NCBI GenBank assembly: GCA_015233785.1
Contig: JADFWT010000001.1
Location: 27,752 to 91,751, forward strand
Length of the DNA: 64,000 nucleotides
Direction of reading: 5' to 3'
Source of the DNA: Magnetococcales bacterium
Lineage (GTDB): Bacteria; Pseudomonadota; Magnetococcia; Magnetococcales; JADFWT01
Part shown: positions 54,098 through 64,000 of the stretch, piece by piece
Layout of the letters: every line of letters starts with the position of its first letter
Numbering within the stretch: the stretch's first letter is position 1
Notes under the pieces: generated by a model
What the model was told of the DNA's origin: nothing
The model's input: only the letters and a program-made list of their open reading frames with translations
The model's database searches: none
Position numbers and translations under genes: made by a program

Positions 54098-54412
54098 ATG
54101 ATCTGGAAAACCCTGTTAAACCGATGCACAAAGGATATGCCGCTGATGAAAATGTATGAGAAGAATGACCCCTACAAAGTGTTTGTAAAAACGGGTGAAT
54201 CGGTGCGGGTCTGCACCTGTGGTCTTAGCAAGGATCCGCCTTTTTGCGACGACGCTCATGAGGGCAAATCAGAAAAAATACCACTGGTAAATACAGCAGA
54301 GGCCGATACCAACTTGTTTGTGTGCGGATGCGGAAACAGTAAGGATATGCCCTGGTGTGATGGTGCCCATAAATCATGCCCTGAGAATGAGTATTTCAAA
54401 GAGCGCTACTGA
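54098..54412 (+). CDS. CDGSH-type iron-sulfur domain protein (two CDGSH motifs)
   Basis: The first motif is CTCGLSKDPPFCDDAH (Gly to Asp variant). The second, CGCGNSKDMPWCDGAH, is canonical. The start codon is uncertain because several Met codons lie near the N-terminus. Confidence 0.8.
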   Translation: MIWKTLLNRCTKDMPLMKMYEKNDPYKVFVKTGESVRVCTCGLSKDPPFCDDAHEGKSEKIPLVNTAEADTNLFVCGCGNSKDMPWCDGAHKSCPENEYFKERY

Positions 54413-54545
54413 GTTGCATTAAGCGATCCAGGAGAGAGTATCCGGCGGGGCTGCCCCCCGGCCCCGCCACACTATTCATCCTGTTGACAAAGCCCTGCAC
54501 CATTGATGTTCCAGCCCTCATAGACGCCATTAAAGAGTCATTTTC

Positions 54546-56837
54546 ATGAACCTCAACCAGGCATTGACGCTGGCGCTTCAGCACCACCAACAGGGCGACC
54601 TCGGCCAGGCAGAATCCATCTACCGGGAGATCCTGCACATCCGCCCCGATCAACCCGACGCGCTTGCCCTGCTAGGCGGACTCCTCCAGCAAACCAATCA
54701 TATCCAAGAAGCCCATCAAGTTCTGCAACGAGCTGTTGAGACCCACCCCACCCATGTGCCGGCTAACAACAATCTCGGTAACCTCTACCTTAATCAGGGC
54801 CACCTGGAACCGGCTATAGCCTGCTTTCAGAAGGCCCTTGAACAAGCCCCTGAAGTGGCTGAACTGCATAATAATCTTGGCAATGCCTTGAGCAAAAACA
54901 ACGCGCACCATAAAGCATTGCTGCATTTTCAACGCGCTATCCAGCTCCAGCCAGAGTACGCGGCACCCCATAACAATCTTGGACGTACACTTCTGGATAT
55001 GAATCGCCTGCAAGAGGCCATACACCACTTGCAGAAGGCCTTGAATCTGCAACCGGATTCTGCCTCGGCCCATGCCAACATGGGGTGCGCCCAACGCGAA
55101 GCCGGAGAACGGGATCAGGCCATGCACCACTTTCAACACGCCTGCGCTCTTGAACCCAACCATGAAGAACACCTGGTCAACTTGGCAGCGGCCCAGAGCG
55201 ACATGGGTGCGTATACCGGCGCCGAAGAGAGTCTGGCCAAAGCCCTGACCATCAACCCAGAGTGTGCCACTGCCCATGCTAACCTTTGCGATCTGATGTT
55301 AAAAAAAGGGGCGGTAGAACTGGCTAAGAACCATGGCCGTGAAGCATTGCGCCTTACCCCGAATGTGGCCAGCGTGCATGGTCATTGGGGACGCGTTCAG
55401 CTCAATCTTGGACATCTTCAACAGGCCGTGGAGAGTTTTCAAAGAGAACAATCCCTCTCCGGCGGCCAATCAGGGCAGCTCAATCTGGGCGTGGCCCTAC
55501 GCGATCAGGGGCATATCGAGCAGGCAGCCGAATGCTTCCATAAGCATTTGGCCCACCATCCACAAGACCTGAACGGCATGCGCGGTGTACTCACCGCCAG
55601 CCTCTATCAACCCGGCCTCCCTCCAGAGCAACCGTTAAAGCTCGCCCTGCAACAGATGCAGAGCCTCCGCCCCAGCAACCCACTTGAGCCCGCACCACCC
55701 GCAGCGCCATCCCATGGGGAGAGACTGCGTATCGGCTACCTCTCCTCAGACCTGTTCAATCACCCGGTGGGCCGAAATATTCTGCCCATTATTAAGCATC
55801 ACGACCACGCCGCTTTCGAAATATTTCTCTATTCCGAGAGCGAGATAGATGATGAACTCTCCAGGCAGCTCAAGGCATCGTCCCACCACTGGATTGCGAC
55901 CCGCAGGCTCACCGATAGAGAGCTGGCCAAACAGATTCAGTCCGATGGCATCCATGTGATGATCTATCTTGCAGCGTGGTTCAACAACAATCGATTTACC
56001 GTCGCCTTCCACAGGCCCGCGCCACTACAGGTCAGCTTCTATAATGGAGCGACTACCGGTCTGAATGAGATGGATGTCTGGCTGACCGACTCCTTTCTGC
56101 ACCCCCCAGAAGAGACTCAAGAGCAATTCTGTGAACAGTTGGCGCGGCTTCCTGTTTTCTACGCCTACTCACCCCCTAAGAACTTTCCAACCATCGAGCC
56201 GCCCCCTTCCATACGCAACGGTTTCATCACCTTTGTCTCCTTTAACAATCCAGCCAAGCTCAACACCGAGGTCATTGACCTATGGGCTCGAATTCTTCAA
56301 AGACTACCAGAGGCCAGACTCATGCTGAAATATGGCCATCTTATGGAAGATCCTGGCGTTCGAAAGCGACTGCTTGATGGCTTTTTCAAGCACGGTATTG
56401 AAGCCGACAAAATCGAACTCTCCCCAGGAAGCAAAGGGCTCAACAACCGTGACCTCGCCGAGCATCTGTCTCACTACGGTAGAGGGGATATCGCTCTTGA
56501 TCCCTTTCCGTTTAACGGGGCCACTACGACCTATCAGGCCCTCGCTATGGGGGTGCCGGTCATCTCGCTGTTGGGACAACACTTCATCTCCCGCATGGGG
56601 AGCAGTCTTCTACACCACATGGGCCTTCCGGAACTGATCGCAGTGAGCAAGGACGACTATGTTGAGAAGGCTGTTTCGCTGGCCAATGACCCACATAAGC
56701 TGACCGCATGGAGAAACAGACTCCGCACACAACTGGCAGAATCTCCTCTCTGTGACGGGAAAAGCCATGCCCGCCATGTGGAGGATGTCCTGCTTGATCT
56801 TTGGGCTCATCAACAAGAAATCACCTCCACCCATTAA
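54546..56837 (+). CDS. TPR-GT41 (OGT-like) glycosyltransferase, paralog 12
   Basis: 763-aa ORF. Motifs: RIGYLSSDLFNHPVGRNILPI and DIALDPFPFNGATTTYQALAMGVPVISLLG. Confidence 0.9.
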   Translation: MNLNQALTLALQHHQQGDLGQAESIYREILHIRPDQPDALALLGGLLQQTNHIQEAHQVLQRAVETHPTHVPANNNLGNLYLNQGHLEPAIACFQKALEQAPEVAELHNNLGNALSKNNAHHKALLHFQRAIQLQPEYAAPHNNLGRTLLDMNRLQEAIHHLQKALNLQPDSASAHANMGCAQREAGERDQAMHHFQHACALEPNHEEHLVNLAAAQSDMGAYTGAEESLAKALTINPECATAHANLCDLMLKKGAVELAKNHGREALRLTPNVASVHGHWGRVQLNLGHLQQAVESFQREQSLSGGQSGQLNLGVALRDQGHIEQAAECFHKHLAHHPQDLNGMRGVLTASLYQPGLPPEQPLKLALQQMQSLRPSNPLEPAPPAAPSHGERLRIGYLSSDLFNHPVGRNILPIIKHHDHAAFEIFLYSESEIDDELSRQLKASSHHWIATRRLTDRELAKQIQSDGIHVMIYLAAWFNNNRFTVAFHRPAPLQVSFYNGATTGLNEMDVWLTDSFLHPPEETQEQFCEQLARLPVFYAYSPPKNFPTIEPPPSIRNGFITFVSFNNPAKLNTEVIDLWARILQRLPEARLMLKYGHLMEDPGVRKRLLDGFFKHGIEADKIELSPGSKGLNNRDLAEHLSHYGRGDIALDPFPFNGATTTYQALAMGVPVISLLGQHFISRMGSSLLHHMGLPELIAVSKDDYVEKAVSLANDPHKLTAWRNRLRTQLAESPLCDGKSHARHVEDVLLDLWAHQQEITSTH

Positions 56838-56909
56838 GGCACCACCCCTCAGATCCTCAGGCTATGGTATCCTCATCCTGCATCCAATTACTCCAACGCC
56901 ACCCGAGCC

Positions 56910-58982
56910 ATGAACCAACAACGTCTATCGATCCCGGAAGCGATCCAACACGCCTGCCAACGCCACCAGAGTGGTGAATTGGAGGCTGCCGAACAGATCT
57001 ATCGTGATATTCTCAAGGCAGACCCGCACAATGCCGATGCCCTGCACCTGCTGGGCGTGCTGGTGCAGCAAAAAGGGGATCCTGCACAGGCTCTGGGCTG
57101 GATTCGGCAGGCTATCGCCGTCATGCCCAACCAACCGGCCTTTCATATCAACCTTGGCGAGGTGTTTCGAGCCATGGGAGAGCCTCAAGAGGCGATTCCA
57201 TGCTATGAAGCGGCCCTGAAGCTGGATGACAATATGGCTCAGGCCCACTTCAACATGGCCCACGCCCTCCAGCAACTCAACCAAGCCGAACAGGCCATCA
57301 CCAGCTTCCATCAGGCGCTGGCACTGGACCCCACCCTGCTGGGGGCCTGGAACGATCTGGGCAATCTTCATAAACGCAGGGGATCACTCAAAGAGGCCAT
57401 TACCTGCTACCAAAAGGTGTTGGAGCAGCACCCGGACCACTTGGAGACACTCTATAACCTGGCCAACACCCTGAGTGCCGCCGGAGAGTTGGATGAAGCG
57501 GCTAGGCTCTTCACGCGGGCGATTGCCCTGAAACCGGGGTTTTTCCAGGCCCAGTGCAACCTTGGCCACACTCTGCGGGAAATGGGCCGACTGGATGAGG
57601 CGGCAGAGGGGTTGGAACAGGCTCTGACCACACGCCCTGATGATCCACGCATTCTTAATAATCTGGGTAATGCGCGTCTGGCGCTGGGAGAGCTGGATCA
57701 AGCCGTCACATGCTACAACAAGGCGCTGACGCTGGGGCGTGACTTCAATATGATGAAGAACCTCATCAGCGCCATGCTCTACCATCCAGGCACCCGCAAC
57801 GATACCCTGTTCGAAACCTGTCGCAGCCAGATGCGCGCTTGCCAACCCACCATGCAGATGGCCACCCTATCGCCCCCCAAGGGGCCTATTCATGGTAGAA
57901 TGCGCATCGGCTACCTCTCCTCCGACTTTCGCGGCCACCCGGTGGCAGACAATATTCTGCCGCTCCTGCAACACCACGACCCGCAACAGGTGGAGATCTT
58001 CGCCTATGTGGAGACCGCCCAAAGCGATGCGGTTACCAAAGAGCTGCGTCGCCATGTACACCACTGGCGCCCCACCGATGGCCTTAGCGATGAACAGGCC
58101 GCGGAGATGATCCGCCAGGATGGCATTCATGTCATGGTCTATCTGGCTGGGCTGTTCGATACCAATCGACTGATGATCGCCAGCCATCGCCCGGCTCCGG
58201 TGCAGGTGAGCTTTCACAACGGCTGCACCACCGCCATGGATCAGATGGACTTCTGGATCAGTGACGCCCTGCTCCATCCACCACAGGCTACCCAGGAGCG
58301 CTTTTCCGAGACGCTCTGTCGACTGCCGGTCTTCTACACCTTTCCGCCTCCCAAGGAGACCCCGGATGTGGGGCCGTTGCCAGTGGATAATAATGGCTTC
58401 ATCACCTTCATTTCACTCAATAATCCTGCAAAAATTACCGCGCCTACCGTACATCTTTGGTCGGAAATTCTCACCGCGCTGCCCGACGCCCGTCTGATTC
58501 TTAAATACCGTAACCATCTGGAGAATGAATCTCTACGACAGCGGCTGTTCAACCAATTCTCAGAGCGCGACATACACCCCGAGCGGCTGGAGATGATCAG
58601 CGCCCGAGACCGACACCAACACCATCTATCCCTCTACAACCGAGCCGATATTGCCCTGGATCCGTTCCCTTTTACCGGAGCCACCACCACCTTTCAGGCC
58701 CTCTGGATGGGGGTGCCGGTCATCTCCTTGTTGGGGGACCGCTTTATCAGCCGCATGGCGGGGGATATCCTCTTTCATGCTGGTCTTGCCGAGCTGCTGG
58801 CCGACACGCCGGAACGCTATGCAGAAAACGCCGCCGCGCTTGCCGGAAACACAACCCGGTTGCGAACACTGCGAGCCGGACTCCGAGACCAACTCAAGGC
58901 ATCGCCGCTGCTGGATGGTGCCACCTATGCCCGCCATATGGAGCAGGCCTACCGCATGATGTGGAACCATCAAAGTGGCTGA
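56910..58982 (+). CDS. TPR-GT41 (OGT-like) glycosyltransferase, paralog 13
   Basis: 690-aa ORF. Motifs: RIGYLSSDFRGHPVADNILPL and DIALDPFPFTGATTTFQALWMGVPVISLLG. Confidence 0.9.
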   Translation: MNQQRLSIPEAIQHACQRHQSGELEAAEQIYRDILKADPHNADALHLLGVLVQQKGDPAQALGWIRQAIAVMPNQPAFHINLGEVFRAMGEPQEAIPCYEAALKLDDNMAQAHFNMAHALQQLNQAEQAITSFHQALALDPTLLGAWNDLGNLHKRRGSLKEAITCYQKVLEQHPDHLETLYNLANTLSAAGELDEAARLFTRAIALKPGFFQAQCNLGHTLREMGRLDEAAEGLEQALTTRPDDPRILNNLGNARLALGELDQAVTCYNKALTLGRDFNMMKNLISAMLYHPGTRNDTLFETCRSQMRACQPTMQMATLSPPKGPIHGRMRIGYLSSDFRGHPVADNILPLLQHHDPQQVEIFAYVETAQSDAVTKELRRHVHHWRPTDGLSDEQAAEMIRQDGIHVMVYLAGLFDTNRLMIASHRPAPVQVSFHNGCTTAMDQMDFWISDALLHPPQATQERFSETLCRLPVFYTFPPPKETPDVGPLPVDNNGFITFISLNNPAKITAPTVHLWSEILTALPDARLILKYRNHLENESLRQRLFNQFSERDIHPERLEMISARDRHQHHLSLYNRADIALDPFPFTGATTTFQALWMGVPVISLLGDRFISRMAGDILFHAGLAELLADTPERYAENAAALAGNTTRLRTLRAGLRDQLKASPLLDGATYARHMEQAYRMMWNHQSG

Positions 58983-60723
58983 ACAGACCCTCACCCTGCC
59001 GGAGGCCCTGGCCCTGGCACAGCAACACCATAACGCCGGAGAACTACCCCAGGCCGAGCAGATCTATCGGCAGATACTTCAGGCAGAGCCCAACCAGCCC
59101 GATGCACTGCACCTTCTCGGTCTGCTGGCCCAGCAGGTGGAACAGTTTGAACTGGCCATCCCGCTGATTCGTCGGTCACTGGAGATCAACCCCCATAACG
59201 CCGATGCCCACTGCAACCTTGGCAACGCCTTTCGAGCCGTGGGAGACCTTGCCGAAGCCGTTGCCAGTTGCCGAAGCGCCATCGCTCTGGAACCACAGAT
59301 GGCCGAGGCGCATAATAATCTTGGAAACGCCCTGCGGGATTTGGGGGATCTGGACGGTGCGCTGGAGAGCTTCAGTACAGCTTGCCAATGCCAGTCAAAG
59401 GCTGGTTGCGGCGACTTCAATATGGTGAAAAATCTCATCAGTGCCCTACTCTATCAGCCCGATCTCAGCCATCAGGCGCTGTTCGACAGATGCGCTGGAG
59501 AGATGGCCGCCTGTCGTCCGCCCCATGCTCGGCACAGCCTCTCCAAAATTGACAATGAATGCCGCTCAATACCCGCTAAATCGCCTCCTGAACAGGACGA
59601 TTCGGCAGGCAAAATACGCATTGGCTATCTCTCCTCCGATTTTTACAACCACCCGGTGGGTCAAAACATCCGACCCCTACTGGCCCATCATGACCACAGC
59701 CGGTTTGAGATATTCTGCTACGCCGAGCGCCCCCAAGGAGATGAGATCACCGAAGAGCTGCGCCGCCATAGTGACCATTGGCGGGACACCCACTTAATGA
59801 ACGACGCTCAAACAGCCAACCAGATCCGCCAGGACGGCATTCAGATTATGGTCTATCTGGCCGGTTTTTTTGATGCCAACCGACTGATGGTGGCCACCTA
59901 TCGCCCGGCTCCGGTTCAGGTGAGCTTTCACAACCTCACCAGTACCACCCTTCCCGAGATGGACTACTGGCTTACCGATGAGCTGCTTCACCCTACGGAA
60001 GACACCTATGAATTATTCTCGGAGCAGCTCTGCCGCCTGCCCAATTTCTACATCTATCCAACCCTGGACCAAGCCCCATCGGTTGGGCCTCTTCCAGCGC
60101 TGAAAAACGGCTTTATCACCTTTGCATCGTTTAATAATCCCACCAAGATTAACAACGCGGTCATCCGACTTTGGTCGCATATTCTCAAGGCGGTTCCAGG
60201 TTCCCGGCTACTGCTGAAATACCGAAACCATCTCGCCAACAGCGCCCTTCAGGAGCGGTTGATCCAGGGATTTACCCGGCATGACATTCCCGCACACCGC
60301 CTGGAGCTAATCAGCGCCCGTGACCAGCACCGTGCCCACTTGGACCACTACAACCGCGCCGATATCGCCCTGGATCCGTTCCCATTCACTGGGGCCACCA
60401 CCACCTTTCAGGCCCTCTGGATGGGGGTGCCGGTGGTGACGCTCAAAGGGGAACGTTTTATTCATCGCATGGCAGCAGATATCGTCACCCATGGCGGTTT
60501 TCCTGAACTGGCTGTGGACTCCCACCTGGATTATCTGGCAAAGGCAGTGCAGATGACTAACAATTGGCAACAATTGCAGATAATCAGAGCAGAACTTCGA
60601 GAGAAGATCTCAGCATCGCCTTTGTGCGATGGTCTTCAATATGCAAAAAATATTGAGGCTCTCTATGCCACCATGAAGCATAAAAAAGCACCTCCAGATC
60701 CCCCCACCAACACCACCACATGA
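58975..60723 (+). CDS. TPR-GT41 (OGT-like) glycosyltransferase, paralog 14 (shortest TPR array)
   Basis: 582-aa ORF with a GTG start overlapping the upstream stop by 8 nt. The N-terminus (AEQTLTLPEALALAQQHHNAGEL) aligns with the other paralogs. Motifs: RIGYLSSDFYNHPVGQNIRPL and DIALDPFPFTGATTTFQALWMGVPVVTLKG. Confidence 0.85.
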   Translation: MAEQTLTLPEALALAQQHHNAGELPQAEQIYRQILQAEPNQPDALHLLGLLAQQVEQFELAIPLIRRSLEINPHNADAHCNLGNAFRAVGDLAEAVASCRSAIALEPQMAEAHNNLGNALRDLGDLDGALESFSTACQCQSKAGCGDFNMVKNLISALLYQPDLSHQALFDRCAGEMAACRPPHARHSLSKIDNECRSIPAKSPPEQDDSAGKIRIGYLSSDFYNHPVGQNIRPLLAHHDHSRFEIFCYAERPQGDEITEELRRHSDHWRDTHLMNDAQTANQIRQDGIQIMVYLAGFFDANRLMVATYRPAPVQVSFHNLTSTTLPEMDYWLTDELLHPTEDTYELFSEQLCRLPNFYIYPTLDQAPSVGPLPALKNGFITFASFNNPTKINNAVIRLWSHILKAVPGSRLLLKYRNHLANSALQERLIQGFTRHDIPAHRLELISARDQHRAHLDHYNRADIALDPFPFTGATTTFQALWMGVPVVTLKGERFIHRMAADIVTHGGFPELAVDSHLDYLAKAVQMTNNWQQLQIIRAELREKISASPLCDGLQYAKNIEALYATMKHKKAPPDPPTNTTT

Positions 60724-60754
60724 CGTTCTGCATAAGACAATCTGCATTCGAATC

Positions 60755-62629
60755 ATGGATCAACCCACAAGCAATCACGGTGAAATGATTAACAGCACGC
60801 CACCAAACAATCCCCAAACCATGACCCTGGAAGAGGCCCTCAACCACGCTCTGGGTCTGCATAATGCCGGGAACCTCGCCGAGGCCGAACAGATCTACCG
60901 GCAGGTTTTGGCGGTGGAGCCAAACCACGCCATCGCCCTGCACCTGCTGAGCGTCATCGCGCTCCAAGCCGGACGGCCCGACCTTGCAGAACCCCTGATG
61001 CATCAAGCCCTGGCCTCCAACCCAGACTTGGCAGAGACCCATATCAATCTGGCCGACCTGCTGCACCAGCGTGGAGAGCACAAAGCCTCCGTGAACCACT
61101 GCCGACGCGCCATCGAACTAAATCCGCAGTTACCGGAAGGACATAACAACCTGGGCAACGTGCTGCGCACCCTGGGACAGCTTAATGAATCCGTCGACGC
61201 ATGCCGGCAGGCCATCAGGTTGCAACCCGACTTCAACAAGGCCTATCACAATCTCGGCAACGCCCTACGGGATCTGGGATCCATGCATGAGGCCATGACC
61301 AACTACCGCAAAGCTCTGGATCTTGGACCTATATCGCTAAACATCGTTAAGAGCTATCTAAGCGGGCTGCTCTACCTGACGGACGTTACGCCGGATGAAC
61401 TGTTCGACACCATTCGCCGGGAGATGGCCCCGCTGATCGCCGAAGCCTCCCCTCTATATCAAGATCAACCCCCGTCAAAGAGCAGAGCCACTCCACCACT
61501 GCGTATCGGCTATCTCTCATCAGACATGAACAATCACCCGGTGGGTCGCAATGTGCTGCCGCTTCTGCTGCACCACAATCCCGAAGCTTTTGAGGTCTAC
61601 GCCTACTCCGATGCCCCCTTTCACGACCCAATCAGTGCCCGGATTAAAGAAGCGGTGCATGGCTGGCGAGAGACGCGGTCACTCTCGGATCGACAGGTGG
61701 CAGAGTTGATTCATCAAGACGGCATCCAGGTGATGATCTATCTGGCCGGACTGTTCGACGGCAACCGCGATACCGTAGCGGCCCATCGTCCGGCCCCTAT
61801 TCAGGTGAGCTTTCACAGTGGAACCACAAGCGGCCTGGAGACCATGGACTACTGGCTGACCGATCGCGTTATCCATCCACCAGATGAGACCCAGGAACGA
61901 TTCTCCGAGCAGCTCTACCGACTTCCGGTATTCTACAACTATCCCCCGCTGGAGCCCGCCCCGGAGATCAACCCACCGCCGATGGAGAAGAACGGCTTCA
62001 TCACCTTCGCCTCCTTTAACAATCCCACCAAGATTAACGGTAAGGTGATGGATCTGTGGGCACGGATTCTTAAAGCCCTCCCGGATGCCCGATTGATGAT
62101 CAAATATAAATACGTGCTGGGTGATCCGCAGATGCAGGAACGCATGGTGCACCAGTTCGAACGGCGGGGCGTGGTAGCCGGCAGGCTAACGCTGATTGGC
62201 GTACAGGAGAATCTCATCGACCATCTGGCCTACTACCACCAAGCCGATATCGCCCTGGATCCCTTTCCGTTTACCGGTGCCACCACCACCTTTCAGGCCC
62301 TCTGGATGGGCGTGCCGGTGGTGACGCTGATGGGAGATCGCTTCATCGGACGCATGGCCGGAGATATTGTGATCCACGCCGGGTTGGAGGAACTGGCCGC
62401 CCCATCCCCCGATCACTACGTCGCAGCCGCCTTGAAGCTGGCCGATGATCCCGTCCATCTACGCCACCTGAGAGAGACATTGAGAGAGCGACTTAAATCT
62501 TCACGCCTCTGTGACGGCGCATCCTATGCCCGCTCTGTAGAACACGCCTATCAGAGCATGTGGAAGAAGCAAGAGACCGATCACCCTCATCTCTCCCACA
62601 CTCAACCGCCCCCCTCTACCCTTGCCTAA
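60755..62629 (+). CDS. TPR-GT41 (OGT-like) glycosyltransferase, paralog 15
   Basis: 624-aa ORF. Motifs: RIGYLSSDMNNHPVGRNVLPL and DIALDPFPFTGATTTFQALWMGVPVVTLMG. Confidence 0.9.
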   Translation: MDQPTSNHGEMINSTPPNNPQTMTLEEALNHALGLHNAGNLAEAEQIYRQVLAVEPNHAIALHLLSVIALQAGRPDLAEPLMHQALASNPDLAETHINLADLLHQRGEHKASVNHCRRAIELNPQLPEGHNNLGNVLRTLGQLNESVDACRQAIRLQPDFNKAYHNLGNALRDLGSMHEAMTNYRKALDLGPISLNIVKSYLSGLLYLTDVTPDELFDTIRREMAPLIAEASPLYQDQPPSKSRATPPLRIGYLSSDMNNHPVGRNVLPLLLHHNPEAFEVYAYSDAPFHDPISARIKEAVHGWRETRSLSDRQVAELIHQDGIQVMIYLAGLFDGNRDTVAAHRPAPIQVSFHSGTTSGLETMDYWLTDRVIHPPDETQERFSEQLYRLPVFYNYPPLEPAPEINPPPMEKNGFITFASFNNPTKINGKVMDLWARILKALPDARLMIKYKYVLGDPQMQERMVHQFERRGVVAGRLTLIGVQENLIDHLAYYHQADIALDPFPFTGATTTFQALWMGVPVVTLMGDRFIGRMAGDIVIHAGLEELAAPSPDHYVAAALKLADDPVHLRHLRETLRERLKSSRLCDGASYARSVEHAYQSMWKKQETDHPHLSHTQPPPSTLA

Positions 62630-62699
62630 CCCAGAGTTCAACCTGTATGGATAAGGTCACCCAGAGTCGTTCAATCACCCAGCAGGAGCTATTCGCCCC

Positions 62700-64000
62700 A
62701 TGGATTTCGAAGACCCTTTTATGGATACGACGGATCCATTTGATGCGGGCCATCTACCCTTTGAGAACCCTGCTGCCGCCTCCGACCCGACTCATGCAGA
62801 GGGTGCCGATCCCATATTGGCGGTTCTTAACGACACCTTTGGCTACGATGCCTTTCGCGGCTTTCAGAGGCAGGTGATCGATCATGTCATCGCCGGGCAG
62901 GACGCCCTGGTGCTGATGCCAACCGGCGGCGGAAAGTCGCTCTGCTTTCAGATTCCGGCGCTGATTCGAAGGGGAATCGGTATCGTGGTATCCCCCCTCA
63001 TCGCGCTGATGCAGGATCAAGTGAACGCCCTGCTGCTCAATGGCGTACGGGCAGCCTTTATCAACTCGACCCAGGAAGGGTTTGAGAGCGCCGAGGTGAT
63101 GCGCCAAGCCCGAAATGGCGAACTGGACCTGCTCTACATGGCCCCCGAGCGACTCACCATGCCCGGCACACTGGATTTTCTCTCCAGCCTTCCGGTGGCC
63201 CTGTTTGCCATTGATGAGGCCCACTGCGTCTCCCAATGGGGCCACGATTTTCGGCCAGACTATCTGGGACTGTCGGTGTTGGCGGATCGCTTTCCCGGCA
63301 CTCCGCGTCTGGCGCTTACCGCCACCGCCGATGCCCCCACCCGTACCGAGATCATCCAACGGCTGCGCATGGACCAGGCAGAGATCTACGTGGCCGGATT
63401 CGACCGTCCCAATATTCGCTACCGGGTGATGCCCAAAGATAGACCCAAAGAGCAGTTGGAGCGCTTTCTCTCCGCTGAACATGAAGGAGACGCAGGCATC
63501 GTCTACTGCCTCTCCCGGCGCAAGGTGGAGGATACCGCCGATTGGCTCCAGGCCCGTGGATACAACGCCCTGCCCTACCACGCCGGACTCCCCCACGCCA
63601 TGCGCCAGAGCCATCAGGACCGCTTTCTGCGTGAAGAGGGCGTGATCATCGTCGCCACCATCGCCTTCGGCATGGGGATCGATAAGCCGGACGTACGCTT
63701 TGTGGCACATCTTGACCTGCCGAAAAACCTGGAAGCCTACTATCAGGAGACCGGACGCGCCGGACGGGATGGACACCCCTCAACCGCCTTCATGACCTAC
63801 GGCTATGAAGATGTGATCATGCTACGACGCTGGCTGGTGGAATCCAACGCAGAAGAGCGCATCAAACGAATTGAAAACCAAAAGCTGGACGCCATCCTCG
63901 GCTTTTGCGAAACCACCTCCTGCCGTCGTCAGGCGCTACTCAACTACTTTGGCGAAGAGCACCACGACCGCTGCGAAAACTGTGATGCCTGCCTGGAGCC
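62700..64000 (+). CDS. recQ: ATP-dependent DNA helicase RecQ (C-terminal part beyond the window)
   Basis: Manual translation from ATG 62700 stays open to the window end. It is not in the track because there is no stop in the window. Motifs: [70 protein letters not shown], and a Zn-binding [12 protein letters not shown]...CENCDAC. An in-frame TAA at 62652-62654 bounds the N-terminus. Confidence 0.9.
   Translation, partial: MDFEDPFMDTTDPFDAGHLPFENPAAASDPTHAEGADPILAVLNDTFGYDAFRGFQRQVIDHVIAGQDALVLMPTGGGKSLCFQIPALIRRGIGIVVSPLIALMQDQVNALLLNGVRAAFINSTQEGFESAEVMRQARNGELDLLYMAPERLTMPGTLDFLSSLPVALFAIDEAHCVSQWGHDFRPDYLGLSVLADRFPGTPRLALTATADAPTRTEIIQRLRMDQAEIYVAGFDRPNIRYRVMPKDRPKEQLERFLSAEHEGDAGIVYCLSRRKVEDTADWLQARGYNALPYHAGLPHAMRQSHQDRFLREEGVIIVATIAFGMGIDKPDVRFVAHLDLPKNLEAYYQETGRAGRDGHPSTAFMTYGYEDVIMLRRWLVESNAEERIKRIENQKLDAILGFCETTSCRRQALLNYFGEEHHDRCENCDACLE

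Noticed and set aside
54484-54489. TTGACA hexamer upstream of paralog 12, considered as a -35 promoter element.
   Set aside because: I found no acceptable -10 hexamer at 16-18 nt spacing, so the promoter call could not be supported.
13190-62330. Recurrent ~60-80-nt near-identical blocks spaced every few kb, considered as a CRISPR-like or REP-type dispersed repeat.
   Set aside because: Every copy lies in frame at the same position of a GT41 domain (DIALDPFPFTGATTTFQALWMGVPV). The spacing equals gene length, so these are conserved coding segments of paralogs, not an independent repeat element.
62754-63776. 340-aa minus-strand ORF overlapping the right end of the window.
   Set aside because: The plus strand here encodes an unmistakable RecQ helicase (DEAH box, Walker A, Zn-binding Cys cluster). 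RecQ was missed by the ORF track only because it has no stop in the window. The minus ORF is its shadow.

Overview
This is a 64-kb chromosomal segment from a Gram-negative, proteobacterium-like genome. Genes are tightly packed and the intergenic spacers are visibly more AT-rich. I found no rRNA, tRNA, CRISPR array, transposase or integrase. All domain calls come from by-eye motif recognition on the supplied and manually derived translations; no database or HMM search was run. The window is dominated by 15 paralogous genes. Each encodes an N-terminal TPR array fused to a C-terminal GT41 (O-GlcNAc transferase / SPINDLY-like) glycosyltransferase domain. Twelve belong to one subfamily, two to a second and one to a third. 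They form two tightly packed four-gene arrays (9133-17731, junction gaps of 0 or less; 54546-62629, gaps -8 to 72 nt) plus singletons. Interleaved with them are several other enzymes: a TPR-sulfotransferase with TPST/RaxST-like PAPS motifs, a TPR-protein-arginine-methyltransferase-like enzyme, an FkbM-type methyltransferase and a B12-binding radical SAM enzyme. Signalling genes are also interleaved: three class III nucleotidyl cyclases, a REC-REC-GAF-GGDEF-EAL protein and a CheY-like receiver. The three cyclases have different sensor domains (diiron/MBL-like plus GAF, TM-HAMP, and GAF-GAF). They share Glu/Gly at the substrate-specifying positions and an uncharacterised ~110-aa C-terminal domain. 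The left edge holds a complete type I secretion system (TolC, ABC, HlyD). Its membrane fusion protein carries an N-terminal cyclic-nucleotide-binding domain. Next to it lies a Lys/Arg/Cys-free, hyper-acidic, Tyr/Thr/Pro-rich disordered protein. Other genes are a hemerythrin, a rhodanese, a UPF0016 transporter behind a clear yybP-ykoY Mn2+ riboswitch, an S24/LexA-like repressor, a CDGSH Fe-S protein, a secreted coiled-coil protein and a partial RecQ. My working hypothesis is inference only. The island would encode a TPR-guided protein-modification toolkit (O-glycosylation, sulfation, Arg-methylation) coupled to cyclic-nucleotide signalling and a cNMP-gated type I exporter. The gene content is reminiscent of Magnetococcus-type magnetotactic bacteria, but that is an unverified guess.
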